A stretch of DNA of 61,802 nucleotides, filler included. It is 3 parts of 3 records of this genome, joined end to end, with 100 filler letters (N's around TTAATTAATTAA, not from the genome) between each part and the next. Parts side by side here need not be neighbours in the genome. Positions count along the whole stretch, not along the records: positions 48,085 to 61,802 come from SRR20825006_1350; 2 more parts are not named here. One strand, 5' to 3'. A model generated the notes under the pieces. That model saw only the letters and a program-made list of their open reading frames with translations, was not told the origin of the DNA and ran no database searches. This document shows, one piece after another, positions 48,085 to 57,339 of the stretch. Each line of letters starts with the position of its first letter. The first letter of the stretch is position 1. Position numbers and translations under genes: made by a program.

Positions 48085-48813
48085 ATTGAATTCCTGCTGT
48101 GGGGCCAGGACCTGAACGGCACTGACACCGGTGCCGGCCAGCGTCCGGCAACGGATTTCGCCACCGGCGCGGATGCAACGGGCGGTCACAACGAGCGTCG
48201 CCGCGAATACCTGTCGGTGGTCACCGATCTGTTGATCGACGATCTGGAAGTGATGGTGGATGAATGGCGACCGGGTGAAGAAAACTACCGGGCCGAGCTG
48301 GAAGCGGACAGCGTGGAAAACGGCCTGCGCAAGATGCTGTTCGGTATGGGCAGCCTGTCTTTGGGCGAGCTGGCCGGCGAGCGTATGAAGGTTGCGCTGG
48401 CGGCGCATTCCCCGGAAGACGAGCACGACTGCTTCAGCGATAACACCCATGCGTCGCACTTCTATAATGGCAAGGGCATTCGCAATGTGTACCTGGGCGA
48501 GTATCAGCGCAGCAACGGGGAAACCCTGACTGGCCCCTCGCTGAGCGACCTGGTGGCGGCGAACCAGCCAGCGGCGGACCGCCAGCTGAAAACCGACCTG
48601 AACGCCAGCGAAGCGGCGCTGCAGGTGCTGGTAGACAGCGCCAATCAGGGCACTCATTTCGACCAGTTGATTGCCCCGGGTAATACGCAGGGTGCCGACA
48701 CGGTGAATGCCGCCATTGACGCCCTGGTCGTGCAAACCACCAGCATTGAAAAAGCGGCGCGGGTGCTGAACATTCAGGCCCTGAACCCGGATACGGCGAA
48801 CCACAGCTTCTGA
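48085..48813 (+). CDS. Imelysin-family iron-regulated protein (IcmP/IrpA-like), 5' end cut by the contig edge
   Basis: IEFLLWGQDL, ELAGERM, EDEHDCFSDNT. Confidence 0.9.
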   Translation: MEFLLWGQDLNGTDTGAGQRPATDFATGADATGGHNERRREYLSVVTDLLIDDLEVMVDEWRPGEENYRAELEADSVENGLRKMLFGMGSLSLGELAGERMKVALAAHSPEDEHDCFSDNTHASHFYNGKGIRNVYLGEYQRSNGETLTGPSLSDLVAANQPAADRQLKTDLNASEAALQVLVDSANQGTHFDQLIAPGNTQGADTVNAAIDALVVQTTSIEKAARVLNIQALNPDTANHSF

Positions 48814-48926
48814 CGTTAGAACCTGAAAGGCGCGCATGCACGCAAGGGGGCAGAAGCCTCTCTGGGGTGCAGGCGCGCTTGTAGCCAGCTGCTCGCCAGC
48901 CATCAAGAAAGAAGGAAGCCCTGCTC

Positions 48927-50321
48927 TTGCGATATCTCCCGCTGACTCTTGCCGCCCTGCTGGCGGCCTGTGATGCCGGCCCCACGTTCACCGAAGCCGA
49001 GCCCGGCGAGCAGCTGTCTGCGGGCGAGGCCACGGTCACCAAGACGGACCAGAATGCGTTCTCGTTGCCGCTAGCCAATCTGTCGCCGTCCCGGCGGCTG
49101 GACTTCAGTGTGGGCAACAGCTTTTTTCGTAACCCCTGGGTGATTGCGCCAGCATCCACCGATGCCCGTGACGGGCTGGGGCCGTTGTTCAATACCAATG
49201 CCTGCCAGAACTGTCATATCAAGGATGGCCGCGGGCACCCGCCCGGGCCTGACGCCAAGCAGGCGGTTTCCATGCTGGTGCGGTTGTCCGTGCCGGCGGC
49301 GGCCGAGGATGACCTGACCCAGGGCGGATTGATGCCTGAGCCGATCTACGGCGGGCAGTTTCAGGACGCAGCCATTCCGGGTATTGAACCGGAAGGGCGG
49401 GTACGGGTGGATTACCGCCCCCGCACAATCACCTTTGCGGATGGCCATCAGGTGGAGTTGCGCGAGCCTCGCCTGAGTTTCAGTAATCTGGCCTATGGGG
49501 AGATGCACCCGGCGACCCTGTTTTCCGCCCGCATTGCCCCGCCAGTGATCGGGCTGGGCCTGCTCGAAGCCATCCCTGAAGCGGACCTGCTGGCCCACGC
49601 CGACCCGGACGATGAGGACGGTGATGGAATCAGCGGCCGGGCCAACCGGGTCTGGGATCGCAGCAACAACACCACGGCCATGGGGCGGTTCGGCTGGAAA
49701 GCGGGCCAGCCCAGTCTGCGCCAGCAGAATGCGGAAGCCTTCGCCAACGACATGGGGCTGACCAGCCATCTGGTGCCCACGGATTCCTGCTCCGCCGCGC
49801 AGCCAGACTGCCTTGCCATGCCCAATGGCGGCGAGGTGGAAGTGAGCGACTCGATTCTCGATAACGTCACTTTCTATACCCGTAATCTGGCGGTTCCCGC
49901 TCGCCGGAATGTGAATGATGCGCAGGTGCTGGCGGGCAAAAGTCTGTTCTTCCAGGCCAATTGCCAGGGCTGTCATGTGCCCGTGTTCACCACCGGTGCC
50001 GACGCCGCCGAACCGGAATTGGCCAACCAGATCATACGGCCTTACACCGACATGTTGCTGCATGACATGGGACCGGGGCTGGCGGATGGTCGCCCGGAGT
50101 TTCTGGCCAATGGTCAGGAATGGCGTACGCCGCCGCTCTGGGGTATCGGCCTCACCGAGGCGGTGAATGGCCACACCCAGTTCCTGCATGATGGTCGTGC
50201 CCGCAACCTGATGGAGGCCATTCTCTGGCATGGTGGCGAAGCGGCCGGGTCACGGGACGCGGTACTGGCGTTTGACGCCGAGCAACGTGCTGCGCTGTTG
50301 GCGTTTCTGAACTCTTTGTGA
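48927..50321 (+). CDS. Di-heme oxidoreductase family lipoprotein
   Basis: Two CxxCH motifs (CQNCH, CQGCH), GLGPLFN, GRFGWKA, WRTPPLWGIG, LHDGRAR; LAAC lipobox. Confidence 0.92.
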   Translation: MRYLPLTLAALLAACDAGPTFTEAEPGEQLSAGEATVTKTDQNAFSLPLANLSPSRRLDFSVGNSFFRNPWVIAPASTDARDGLGPLFNTNACQNCHIKDGRGHPPGPDAKQAVSMLVRLSVPAAAEDDLTQGGLMPEPIYGGQFQDAAIPGIEPEGRVRVDYRPRTITFADGHQVELREPRLSFSNLAYGEMHPATLFSARIAPPVIGLGLLEAIPEADLLAHADPDDEDGDGISGRANRVWDRSNNTTAMGRFGWKAGQPSLRQQNAEAFANDMGLTSHLVPTDSCSAAQPDCLAMPNGGEVEVSDSILDNVTFYTRNLAVPARRNVNDAQVLAGKSLFFQANCQGCHVPVFTTGADAAEPELANQIIRPYTDMLLHDMGPGLADGRPEFLANGQEWRTPPLWGIGLTEAVNGHTQFLHDGRARNLMEAILWHGGEAAGSRDAVLAFDAEQRAALLAFLNSL

Positions 50322-50358
50322 TTTTTTTCTGTAACGGTTTTAAGGTTGAGGATGGATC

Positions 50359-51393
50359 ATGCGTGCTCTGAGTGTACTGGTGTCGGTGTCATTGTCTGTG
50401 TTGCTGGTGGCGTGCAGTAACCCGCGCCAGGAAGTCACCGTTCAGCTGGCCAACGATGTGCTGCTGCCGGCCCATCAGCAGTGGCGCGACAGCAATGCTG
50501 CCCTGGTGGACGCCGTGGAGACGTACTGCGCGGCTCCACAGGCATCCGTGGATGATCTGGAAACCGCGTTTTATCAGGCCCAGTCCCGGTGGTCGCATCT
50601 GCAACCGTTAATGGTCGGCCCGTTATCCGAAGGCAACCGCAGCTGGCAGGTTCAGTTCTGGCCGGACAAGCGCAACATGGTGGTTCGCCAGACGGAATCG
50701 TTGCTGGACGAGACGGATTCGTTGACCCGTGAGCAGCTGGAGAAGGCCAGCGTGGTGGTGCAGGGGCTGACGGCATTTGAGTATGTGCTGTTTGATCAAT
50801 CGGTCGCCTTGGCGCAGAGCCATGACCGCTACTGCCCGCTGCTCACCGGCATTGCCCGCCACCAGCTGGCGCTGTCCGAGTCGGTGCTGGCGCTGTGGAA
50901 TGAGTCGGGCGGCATGCTGGCGCAGTTGCGCGATTTCCCTAATGAGCGTTACGCCACGGCGGAGGAAGGCCTGGCGGCGATTCTGCGTACGCAGATCACC
51001 GGCGTGGATGTGCTGAAGAAAAAGCTGGGCACCCCCATGGGGCGCCTGAATCAGGGCGTGGTGCAGCCTTACCAGGCGGAAGCGTGGCGTAGCCGGCAGT
51101 CCATTGAAAACCTGCAGGCGTCGCTGCAAGGCGCGCAGGCGGTGTGGGAGCGGGTGCGTTCGCTGGTGAGTGATGCGGCCCTGGTGAAAGACATCGACCA
51201 GGCCTATGCGGATGTGGCCAACCAGCTTGCGGCCTTGCCTGCGCCGTTGATGGAGCTGGTGCAGGCGCCGGCAAACAGCGAGACGCTGACGACGCTCTAT
51301 GCCGCGCTGGATAATCTGGAAAACCGTCAACAGACGGAGTTGGCCCGCAATCTGAATATCCAGATAGGTTTTAACGCCAACGACGGTGATTAG
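50359..51393 (+). CDS. Imelysin-family lipoprotein
   Basis: LVAC lipobox, FWPDKRN, QGLTAFEYVLF, C-terminal GFNANDGD. Confidence 0.9.
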   Translation: MRALSVLVSVSLSVLLVACSNPRQEVTVQLANDVLLPAHQQWRDSNAALVDAVETYCAAPQASVDDLETAFYQAQSRWSHLQPLMVGPLSEGNRSWQVQFWPDKRNMVVRQTESLLDETDSLTREQLEKASVVVQGLTAFEYVLFDQSVALAQSHDRYCPLLTGIARHQLALSESVLALWNESGGMLAQLRDFPNERYATAEEGLAAILRTQITGVDVLKKKLGTPMGRLNQGVVQPYQAEAWRSRQSIENLQASLQGAQAVWERVRSLVSDAALVKDIDQAYADVANQLAALPAPLMELVQAPANSETLTTLYAALDNLENRQQTELARNLNIQIGFNANDGD

Positions 51394-51462
51394 AGTCAGT
51401 TGCGAGTTAAAAGTTAAAAAGCCAGGCACGGCGTTGGCAGTGCGGGCTTGCAGGAGAGCGTT

Positions 51463-52587
51463 ATGTCACTGACACGGCGGAAGCTGCTGGGCGCGGGCGC
51501 GGGCGCGGGTGCGGCGATGGCCGGTGTGGCCGTGCTGGGTGGCTGGTCACTGTGGACCGGCACGGCGGGTGAATCGCCTCTGCTGCTTTCCGCGCGCAAC
51601 GATGACGACGGTCAGCACTATGCCGTGGGTTACTACTTGAACGGCAAACGGGCGTTTGCCACACCGGTTCCCGAGCGCTGCCACGCGGTGGCTCGCCATC
51701 CGTTTTTGCCGGTAGCGTTGTATGTGGGGCGCCGCCCGGCCCGGGAAAGTTACTTGATTGACCTGCGCGATGGGCGACTGCTGCAAACCCTGCAAAGTCA
51801 GCCGGATCGGCATTTCTATGGCCATGCCGTATTCCATGCCCGCGGCGAGTGGCTATACACCACCGAGAACGATACCCGCGAACCGGGCCGGGGAGTGCTG
51901 GGGCGTTACCGCCTTGACCAGGCTGCCTTGCGGTTGATCCATGACGGCGAGGCGACTACCCACGGTGTCGGCCCCCACGAGCTGGCCTGGATGCCGGACG
52001 GCGAATCACTGGTCATCGGCAATGGTGGCATTCGCACGGAAGGGGGCAGCCGTGAGGAAATGAATCTGGACGCCATGGCGCCCAGCCTGGTGATCATGAG
52101 CCGCCATGGCGAGTTGATCAGCAAGGAAACCCTGGCCGATGCACAAAGCAGCATCCGCCATTTGGATGTGGCTGCCGATGGCACCGTGATCACTGGGCAG
52201 CAGTACCATGGCCCGGCCTACAACAGTGTGCCGTTACTGGCGATCAAGCGGCCCGGGGAAGCCTATCAACCGTTCCCGGTCAGCCGTGCGCAACTGGCGA
52301 TGATGGATCAGTACACGGCCAGCATTGCCATTCACAGTGAGCAGCGACAAGTGGCCATGACCGCGCCACGGGGAAACCGTTTCTTTATCTGGGATCTGGA
52401 TAGCGGTGACACACTGCTGGATGCGCCCATGTCCGACTGTGCCGGGGTTGGCGCGGTGCCGGGCGGTTTTGCGGTGACCTCGGGGCAGGGCAAATGCCGC
52501 TATTACGATAGCCGCACTGCGGATGTGCAGAGCCAGTGGCTGGAGCTGCCGGGTGGCTGGTGGGATAACCACCTGTGGCTGAGCTAA
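51463..52587 (+). CDS. DUF1513 beta-propeller protein with Tat signal
   Basis: SLTRRKLL twin-Arg signal; RHFYGH, TTEND, GVGPHE, NGGI, SIRHL, WDNHL. Confidence 0.9.
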   Translation: MSLTRRKLLGAGAGAGAAMAGVAVLGGWSLWTGTAGESPLLLSARNDDDGQHYAVGYYLNGKRAFATPVPERCHAVARHPFLPVALYVGRRPARESYLIDLRDGRLLQTLQSQPDRHFYGHAVFHARGEWLYTTENDTREPGRGVLGRYRLDQAALRLIHDGEATTHGVGPHELAWMPDGESLVIGNGGIRTEGGSREEMNLDAMAPSLVIMSRHGELISKETLADAQSSIRHLDVAADGTVITGQQYHGPAYNSVPLLAIKRPGEAYQPFPVSRAQLAMMDQYTASIAIHSEQRQVAMTAPRGNRFFIWDLDSGDTLLDAPMSDCAGVGAVPGGFAVTSGQGKCRYYDSRTADVQSQWLELPGGWWDNHLWLS

Positions 52588-52658
52588 GGCGTGCATTCTC
52601 CCGCTTAACCAGCGGTGGGACCACCGTCCTCACAGGTCAGGGGGGCGTCGGCTTTTCG

Positions 52659-52683
52659 GTAGGAGTGCCTCTTGAGGCGCGAA
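52659..52683 (+). repeat. GTAG-family REP
   Basis: GTAGGAGTGCCTCTTGAGGCGCGAA; same GTAGGAG...GGCGCGAA frame as the REP at 61649. Confidence 0.65.
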
Positions 52684-52707
52684 CCTCGGAGTGGGAAACC
52701 GGCAATG

Positions 52708-52737
52708 CGTTTAAGCCCGGAAAGCCGGGCTTAAACG
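52708..52737. terminator. Perfect 13-bp hairpin between convergent genes
   Basis: CGTTTAAGCCCGG-aaag-CCGGGCTTAAACG. Confidence 0.6.
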
Positions 52738-52764
52738 TGACAACTTTTGGCGATATGCAGTGCG

Positions 52765-53157
52765 TCAGTCGTGCCAGTTAGACACCTTGCCGGTGCAGAC
52801 CCAATCCTTGGAGCCTTTTACCACACCAATGGAGTTGTAGCTGTAGCGGCCATTGGCATTGTGGGTGGACCAGCTTTTGGTATTGCCCGCACCGATGCCG
52901 GAGGCGCCGCAATCCTCGGAACCGTTCTTGCGCTCGTTGCAGAAGCGGGCATAGATGCGGTGACTGCAGGTGTTGCGGTAGGTAATGATGAAGTTGTCCT
53001 TGCTGTACTCACTCCATTTGGTTTTGTGCACCACCATGCAGGGGCCGCCGCTACTGTTGCGGGCATCCCAGCAGGTGTCGTCGTCGACGCTGGAATAATA
53101 ATCAGCGGCAGCAAACTGTGAGGCGAAGAGTGCGGCAATGCCAATGGTCCATTTCAT
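52765..53157 (-). CDS. Secreted hypothetical protein with six Cys
   Basis: Signal peptide ending AAA/D; GAAGGGG RBS. Confidence 0.75.
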   Translation of the reverse strand: MKWTIGIAALFASQFAAADYYSSVDDDTCWDARNSSGGPCMVVHKTKWSEYSKDNFIITYRNTCSHRIYARFCNERKNGSEDCGASGIGAGNTKSWSTHNANGRYSYNSIGVVKGSKDWVCTGKVSNWHD

Positions 53158-53342
53158 GATTTTTCCCCTTCCTTCGTTATCGATATCAACGACTCGATCA
53201 ACGAGCCAGACACAATAATTTTAGAAAGATGGGGAAAATCCGCCTCCCCCATATGGGGTATATCGGTATGGAACCTGTTGTAAAAGTGTCAGCTTCAATC
53301 CGGTCAGAGCGCTGAGCACGTGAGACGTTTTTCAGAGGCTCT

Positions 53343-53759
53343 CTAGCCGCTGTGGTCGGTCAGGCATTGTCCGTGGTCGCTCAACACTTCAATTACCCGG
53401 CATTCGCCCGGTTGTCCTTGCTCGCATTCACTAATCATCCGGTCCAGTTCATTGCGAAGGGCGGTCAGTGCGCTGATGCGGTTTTGTACGGCGTCCCGAT
53501 GACGGCGGGCGATATCATCAGCACAGCCATGCTGTTCGCTCATGGTTAACAGTTCACGAATGTCTTCCAGCGTGAAACCCAGCTCCCGGCTGTGGCGAAT
53601 AAACTGCAGCCGTTCCTGATGGTTGCGGTGATAGCGCCGTTGGCCACCTTCACTGCGGGCCGGTTCGGGCATCAGGCCAATTTTTTCGTAGTAACGGATG
53701 GTCTCCACCTTGCAGCCGGTGGCGTCGCTGAGGGTGCCGATGGAAAAGAGGGTAGACAT
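53343..53759 (-). CDS. MerR-family metal-responsive regulator (CadR/PbrR-like)
   Basis: ETIRYYEKIGL, RELGFTLEDIRELL, three Cys at the positions expected for metal ligands. Confidence 0.9.
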   Translation of the reverse strand: MSTLFSIGTLSDATGCKVETIRYYEKIGLMPEPARSEGGQRRYHRNHQERLQFIRHSRELGFTLEDIRELLTMSEQHGCADDIARRHRDAVQNRISALTALRNELDRMISECEQGQPGECRVIEVLSDHGQCLTDHSG

Positions 53760-53789
53760 GATTACCTCATCACAAAGGGAAAATCGGAC

Positions 53790-53820
53790 TTGAACCTGTA
53801 GTCACTATAGCTTTTTAAAT
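53790..53820 (+). promoter_or_regulatory. MerR-type promoter with 19-bp spacer and dyad operator
   Basis: -35 TTGAAC, CTGTAGtcaCTATAG dyad, -10 TTAAAT. Confidence 0.85.
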
Positions 53821-53855
53821 GGGGCCAAGGTGAAACGGAGTCAAGGAGCACGGCG

Positions 53856-54197
53856 ATGCAGGAGAGACAGCGACGGGCGTTTGGTGCCGCCATGGCGGCG
53901 GCACGGCGGGCTTACGCCAGGCAGAACTGGAGCGGAGCGTTCGCGCAACTGGAGCGGGCGCATATTCTGGGTCAGCGGCGGGTTGGCGCCCATACCCTGA
54001 CTCACTGGTGGATGCTGAAAGTGGGATGGCAACGCCGTGAGGTGCGGGAAATCCGTGGGCAGGTGCTGCGACTGTTGGCGGCGCTGGTGATGTCGCGGGT
54101 GTGGGTGCCCACCGGCAATACCGGTGGGGCCAATGTGAACCCGCTGCAGCCCATGCCGATTCCCGATGCGCTGCGCGACGTGATGGATGGGCGCTGA
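53856..54197 (+). CDS. DUF3703 protein
   Basis: LERAHILGQ, H..ML, GQVLRL, PTGNTGGANV..PMPIP. Confidence 0.85.
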   Translation: MQERQRRAFGAAMAAARRAYARQNWSGAFAQLERAHILGQRRVGAHTLTHWWMLKVGWQRREVREIRGQVLRLLAALVMSRVWVPTGNTGGANVNPLQPMPIPDALRDVMDGR

Positions 54198-54266
54198 TGC
54201 TGAGCGCTCCCCACATTATCCCCGGACCCGGCGCCGCGTTGGACACAAAGAGACAGGAGAGAAAAC

Positions 54267-54887
54267 ATGGGTTGCTGTGATCACGAGATAGTGGAAAACC
54301 CGGCACCGGCTTACCAGCGGGTGTTATGGGTCGTATTGGCCATCAATGCCGTGATGTTTATGGTGGAAGCGACCTCCGGGGTGCTGGCGGATTCACGGGC
54401 ATTGCAGGCCGATGCGCTGGATTTCCTGGGCGATACCGCCACCTATGGGTTAACACTGTGGGCACTGGGACAGTCGATGGCCTGGCGGGTACGTGCCGCG
54501 CGCATTAAAGGTGTGTCGTTATTGGTAATGGGCGTGCTGGTACTGGCGAACAGCGTTTGGGCGCTGTTACAGGGCAGTGCGCCACAGGCTGAGCTGATGA
54601 TGGGGGTGGCCAGTGTGGCGCTGGCCGCTAATGTGGTGAGTGCGCTGTTATTGCTGCGCCATCGTCAGGGCGACGCCAATATCCGCTCCGCCTGGTTGTG
54701 TTCGCGCAATGATGCGCTGGCCAACCTGGCGGTGCTGATGTCTGGCAGCCTGGTGTTCTGGCTGGATAGCCGTTGGCCGGACCTGCTGGTGGCCGTGGCC
54801 ATTGCCGGGCTGTTTACGCATAGCGCCATTTCGATTCTGCGCCAGGCCAGCAGCGAATCAGCGATGGGTGACCGGTGCGACGATTGA
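54267..54887 (+). CDS. Cation diffusion facilitator (short form, no C-terminal domain)
   Basis: N-terminal MGCC, ADALDFLGD, WLCSRND, WPDL. Confidence 0.88.
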   Translation: MGCCDHEIVENPAPAYQRVLWVVLAINAVMFMVEATSGVLADSRALQADALDFLGDTATYGLTLWALGQSMAWRVRAARIKGVSLLVMGVLVLANSVWALLQGSAPQAELMMGVASVALAANVVSALLLLRHRQGDANIRSAWLCSRNDALANLAVLMSGSLVFWLDSRWPDLLVAVAIAGLFTHSAISILRQASSESAMGDRCDD

Positions 54888-54996
54888 GAAAAGCGATGGG
54901 GCTTGGCGGTGAGTGAGCAGGGCGGTACGCTGCATGGCCGTATTGGCGGCGCCGCTGCCAATACGGCTTTTTCCTCTGCCATCACGATTGAGACCT

Positions 54997-55212
54997 ATGG
55001 ATTTCAAACAGGAAGACCTGACTGCTCTGGTCGAACGCACCATGCCGTTTGGTAAATATGCCGGGCGAGTGCTGATTGATCTCCCTGAGCCTTATCTGCT
55101 GTGGTTCACCAAAAAAGGCTTTCCGAAGGGTGAGTTGGGGCGGCTGATGGCGCTGGCCTTGATGCTGAAAATGGACGGCACGGAAAACCTGCTGGAGCCG
55201 TTGCGTAAATAG
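54997..55212 (+). CDS. DUF3820 small protein
   Basis: MPFGKYAGRVLIDLPEPYLLWF..KGFP.GELG. Confidence 0.85.
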   Translation: MDFKQEDLTALVERTMPFGKYAGRVLIDLPEPYLLWFTKKGFPKGELGRLMALALMLKMDGTENLLEPLRK

Positions 55213-55271
55213 GCTGTATCCGCTGAATCAAGCAGGTATCCTGAGAGTATTGCCATATTCAGGAGCCAGCT

Positions 55272-55952
55272 GTGCCGTTACTCGATGTTGTTGCCAATAA
55301 TGTGTGGGCGTATTCGGTTCCCCATAGTTTTATGGGGCTACACGTGGGCGCCCGCATGACGGTGGTCAAATTGTCTGCTGGCGGCTTGCTGCTGCATTCC
55401 CCGGTGCCGGTGGATGAGTCTCTGGCCCAGGAGCTGGCGGCGTTGGGCGAGGTCACCCACATTGTTTGTCCCAACCTGTTTCACCATGTTTTTGCCGCAG
55501 AAGTGAAGCAGCGCTATCCGCAGGCGGTGCTGCACGGGCCGGCGAAACTGGCTAGCAAGCGCAAGGACCTGTCGCTGGATGCGGTACTGTCGGAAACTCC
55601 CCATCCGGATTGGGGCGATGACTTTGAGCTGGTCTTTATTGAAGGCTCCATGTTGCACGAGACGGTGTTCTACCATCAGCCGAGTAAAACCCTGATTGCG
55701 GCGGACCTGATTGAAAACTTCCATCAATGTGAGCACGGTTTTACCCGCTGGTATTTGAAGCTGGGCGGTTTGTGGAAGGTCCCGGGCTGGCATCCAGTGC
55801 TGCGTCTGGTGTATCTGAACCGTCGCAAGGCTCGGGCCAGCGTCACCCGCATTCTGGAGTGGCCCTTCGAAAAACTCAGCCTGGCCCACGGTGAGGTGAT
55901 CACTGAAAACGCCCGTAACCAGGTTCGCCATGGGATGGAATGGTTGTTCTAG
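55272..55952 (+). CDS. DUF4336 (metallo-beta-lactamase-like) protein
   Basis: RMTVVKL, HSPV, PNLFHH, E.VFYH..SKTLI.ADL, AHG. Confidence 0.85.
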   Translation: MPLLDVVANNVWAYSVPHSFMGLHVGARMTVVKLSAGGLLLHSPVPVDESLAQELAALGEVTHIVCPNLFHHVFAAEVKQRYPQAVLHGPAKLASKRKDLSLDAVLSETPHPDWGDDFELVFIEGSMLHETVFYHQPSKTLIAADLIENFHQCEHGFTRWYLKLGGLWKVPGWHPVLRLVYLNRRKARASVTRILEWPFEKLSLAHGEVITENARNQVRHGMEWLF

Positions 55953-56172
55953 CTACAAGCTTGGATGGGGGTGCGGGAAAAGCTCCCCCGGTTTTTCTTT
56001 TCAACTTTTCACTTTGAACGTTCAACTGATCTTTCGCGGGCAGAGTGGTCAACGTGTGGCCGCGCCTCCCAACCCGCGTTGCCGCATGTAGCTTGTTCCC
56101 CTCCCCTCCACATTTCTTGCAACTTTTCCCGCTATATTCCCCAACCATCATTACTGGTTTGTGGAATCGCCC

Positions 56173-57339
56173 ATGTCCCGCTGGATTCGCCGTTATCCGA
56201 AAATGGCTCTTTCGTTTGTCATTCTGATCGTGTGCCTGCTGCTTGCGGGCTGGCGCTGGGGGTTCGCGTCGGCGCCAGCGATTCAGTGGAAAACGGCCAC
56301 GGTGGAGCGTGGCGATGTGGAGGAACTGGTCACTGCGCTGGGTACGCTGGAGCCGGGGGATTATGTTGACGTGGGCGCTCAGGTCTCCGGCCAGCTGACG
56401 CAGCTGCACGTGGATGTGGGTGACAGCGTTGAGCAGGGCCAGTTGCTGGCGGAAATTGATGCGTCGGTACAGCAGACACAAGTGGATGCGGGCCTGGCAG
56501 AGCTGGAAGCACTGCGTGCGCAACAGGAACAACGGCAGGCGGAGCTGGAGCTGGCGGAGTTGCAGTATCAGCGTCAGCAGCGGTTGCGTGATGCCAACGC
56601 CACCAGTGACGATGCTTTCCAGAGTGCCCGTTCCACGCTGGCCATTACCCGTGCCCAGATCAAGGTACTCAAGGCCCAGATTCGCCAGAAGCAGGCCAGT
56701 GTAGAAGGGGATCAGGCTAGCCTGGGCTACGCAAAAATCTATGCGCCGCGCAGCGGTACCGTGGTGAGCCTGGACGCCCGTGAAGGGCAGACCCTGAACG
56801 CCAACCAGACCACCCCCACGCTGATGCGTATCGCTGACCTGACCACCATGACCATTTCCACTCAGGTGTCCGAGGCCGATGTGGATAGTCTCTCTGCGGG
56901 GATGCCGGTGTACTTCAATACCCTGGGCAATGGTGATGTGCGTTATGACAGTACCCTGCGCCAGGTGCTGCCCACCCCGGAAGTGGTCAACAATGTGGTG
57001 CTGTACACCGCTGAATTCGACATCGACAACCCGCAAGGCCAGCTGATGTCTGGCATGACTGCCCAGGTGTTTTTCGTGGTGCACTCGGCCAAGGATGTTC
57101 TGCATGTCCCGGTGGCCGCAGTGAAGCGTGCCGGGCGCGGCCAATGGCAGGTGCAGGTGTTAAACGGTGAGGGTCACTCACTCAGCCAGCCGGTGAAAGT
57201 GGGCATCAGCAATCGGGTGCGCAGGGTGATCCGTGATGGTTTGCAGGAAGGTGACACCGTTGTGCTGGGGCAGGCACAGGCCAGCCCGCTGCGAGGTGAG
57301 ATCGAAAAAGGTGGGCGACGTCGCGGTGGGCTGTTCTGA
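56173..57339 (+). CDS. macA: MacA-like periplasmic adaptor
   Basis: [44 protein letters not shown]. Confidence 0.88.
   Translation: MSRWIRRYPKMALSFVILIVCLLLAGWRWGFASAPAIQWKTATVERGDVEELVTALGTLEPGDYVDVGAQVSGQLTQLHVDVGDSVEQGQLLAEIDASVQQTQVDAGLAELEALRAQQEQRQAELELAELQYQRQQRLRDANATSDDAFQSARSTLAITRAQIKVLKAQIRQKQASVEGDQASLGYAKIYAPRSGTVVSLDAREGQTLNANQTTPTLMRIADLTTMTISTQVSEADVDSLSAGMPVYFNTLGNGDVRYDSTLRQVLPTPEVVNNVVLYTAEFDIDNPQGQLMSGMTAQVFFVVHSAKDVLHVPVAAVKRAGRGQWQVQVLNGEGHSLSQPVKVGISNRVRRVIRDGLQEGDTVVLGQAQASPLRGEIEKGGRRRGGLF

Noticed and set aside
49071-50231. 386-aa minus-strand ORF (likewise 48037-48906, 55900-57144, 31241-32221)
   Set aside because: Antisense shadows of well-supported genes in GC-rich DNA
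51489-51512. GGGCGC tandem hexamer repeat
   Set aside because: In-frame Gly-Ala run in a Tat signal peptide; slippage would not shift the frame, so not a phase-variation switch
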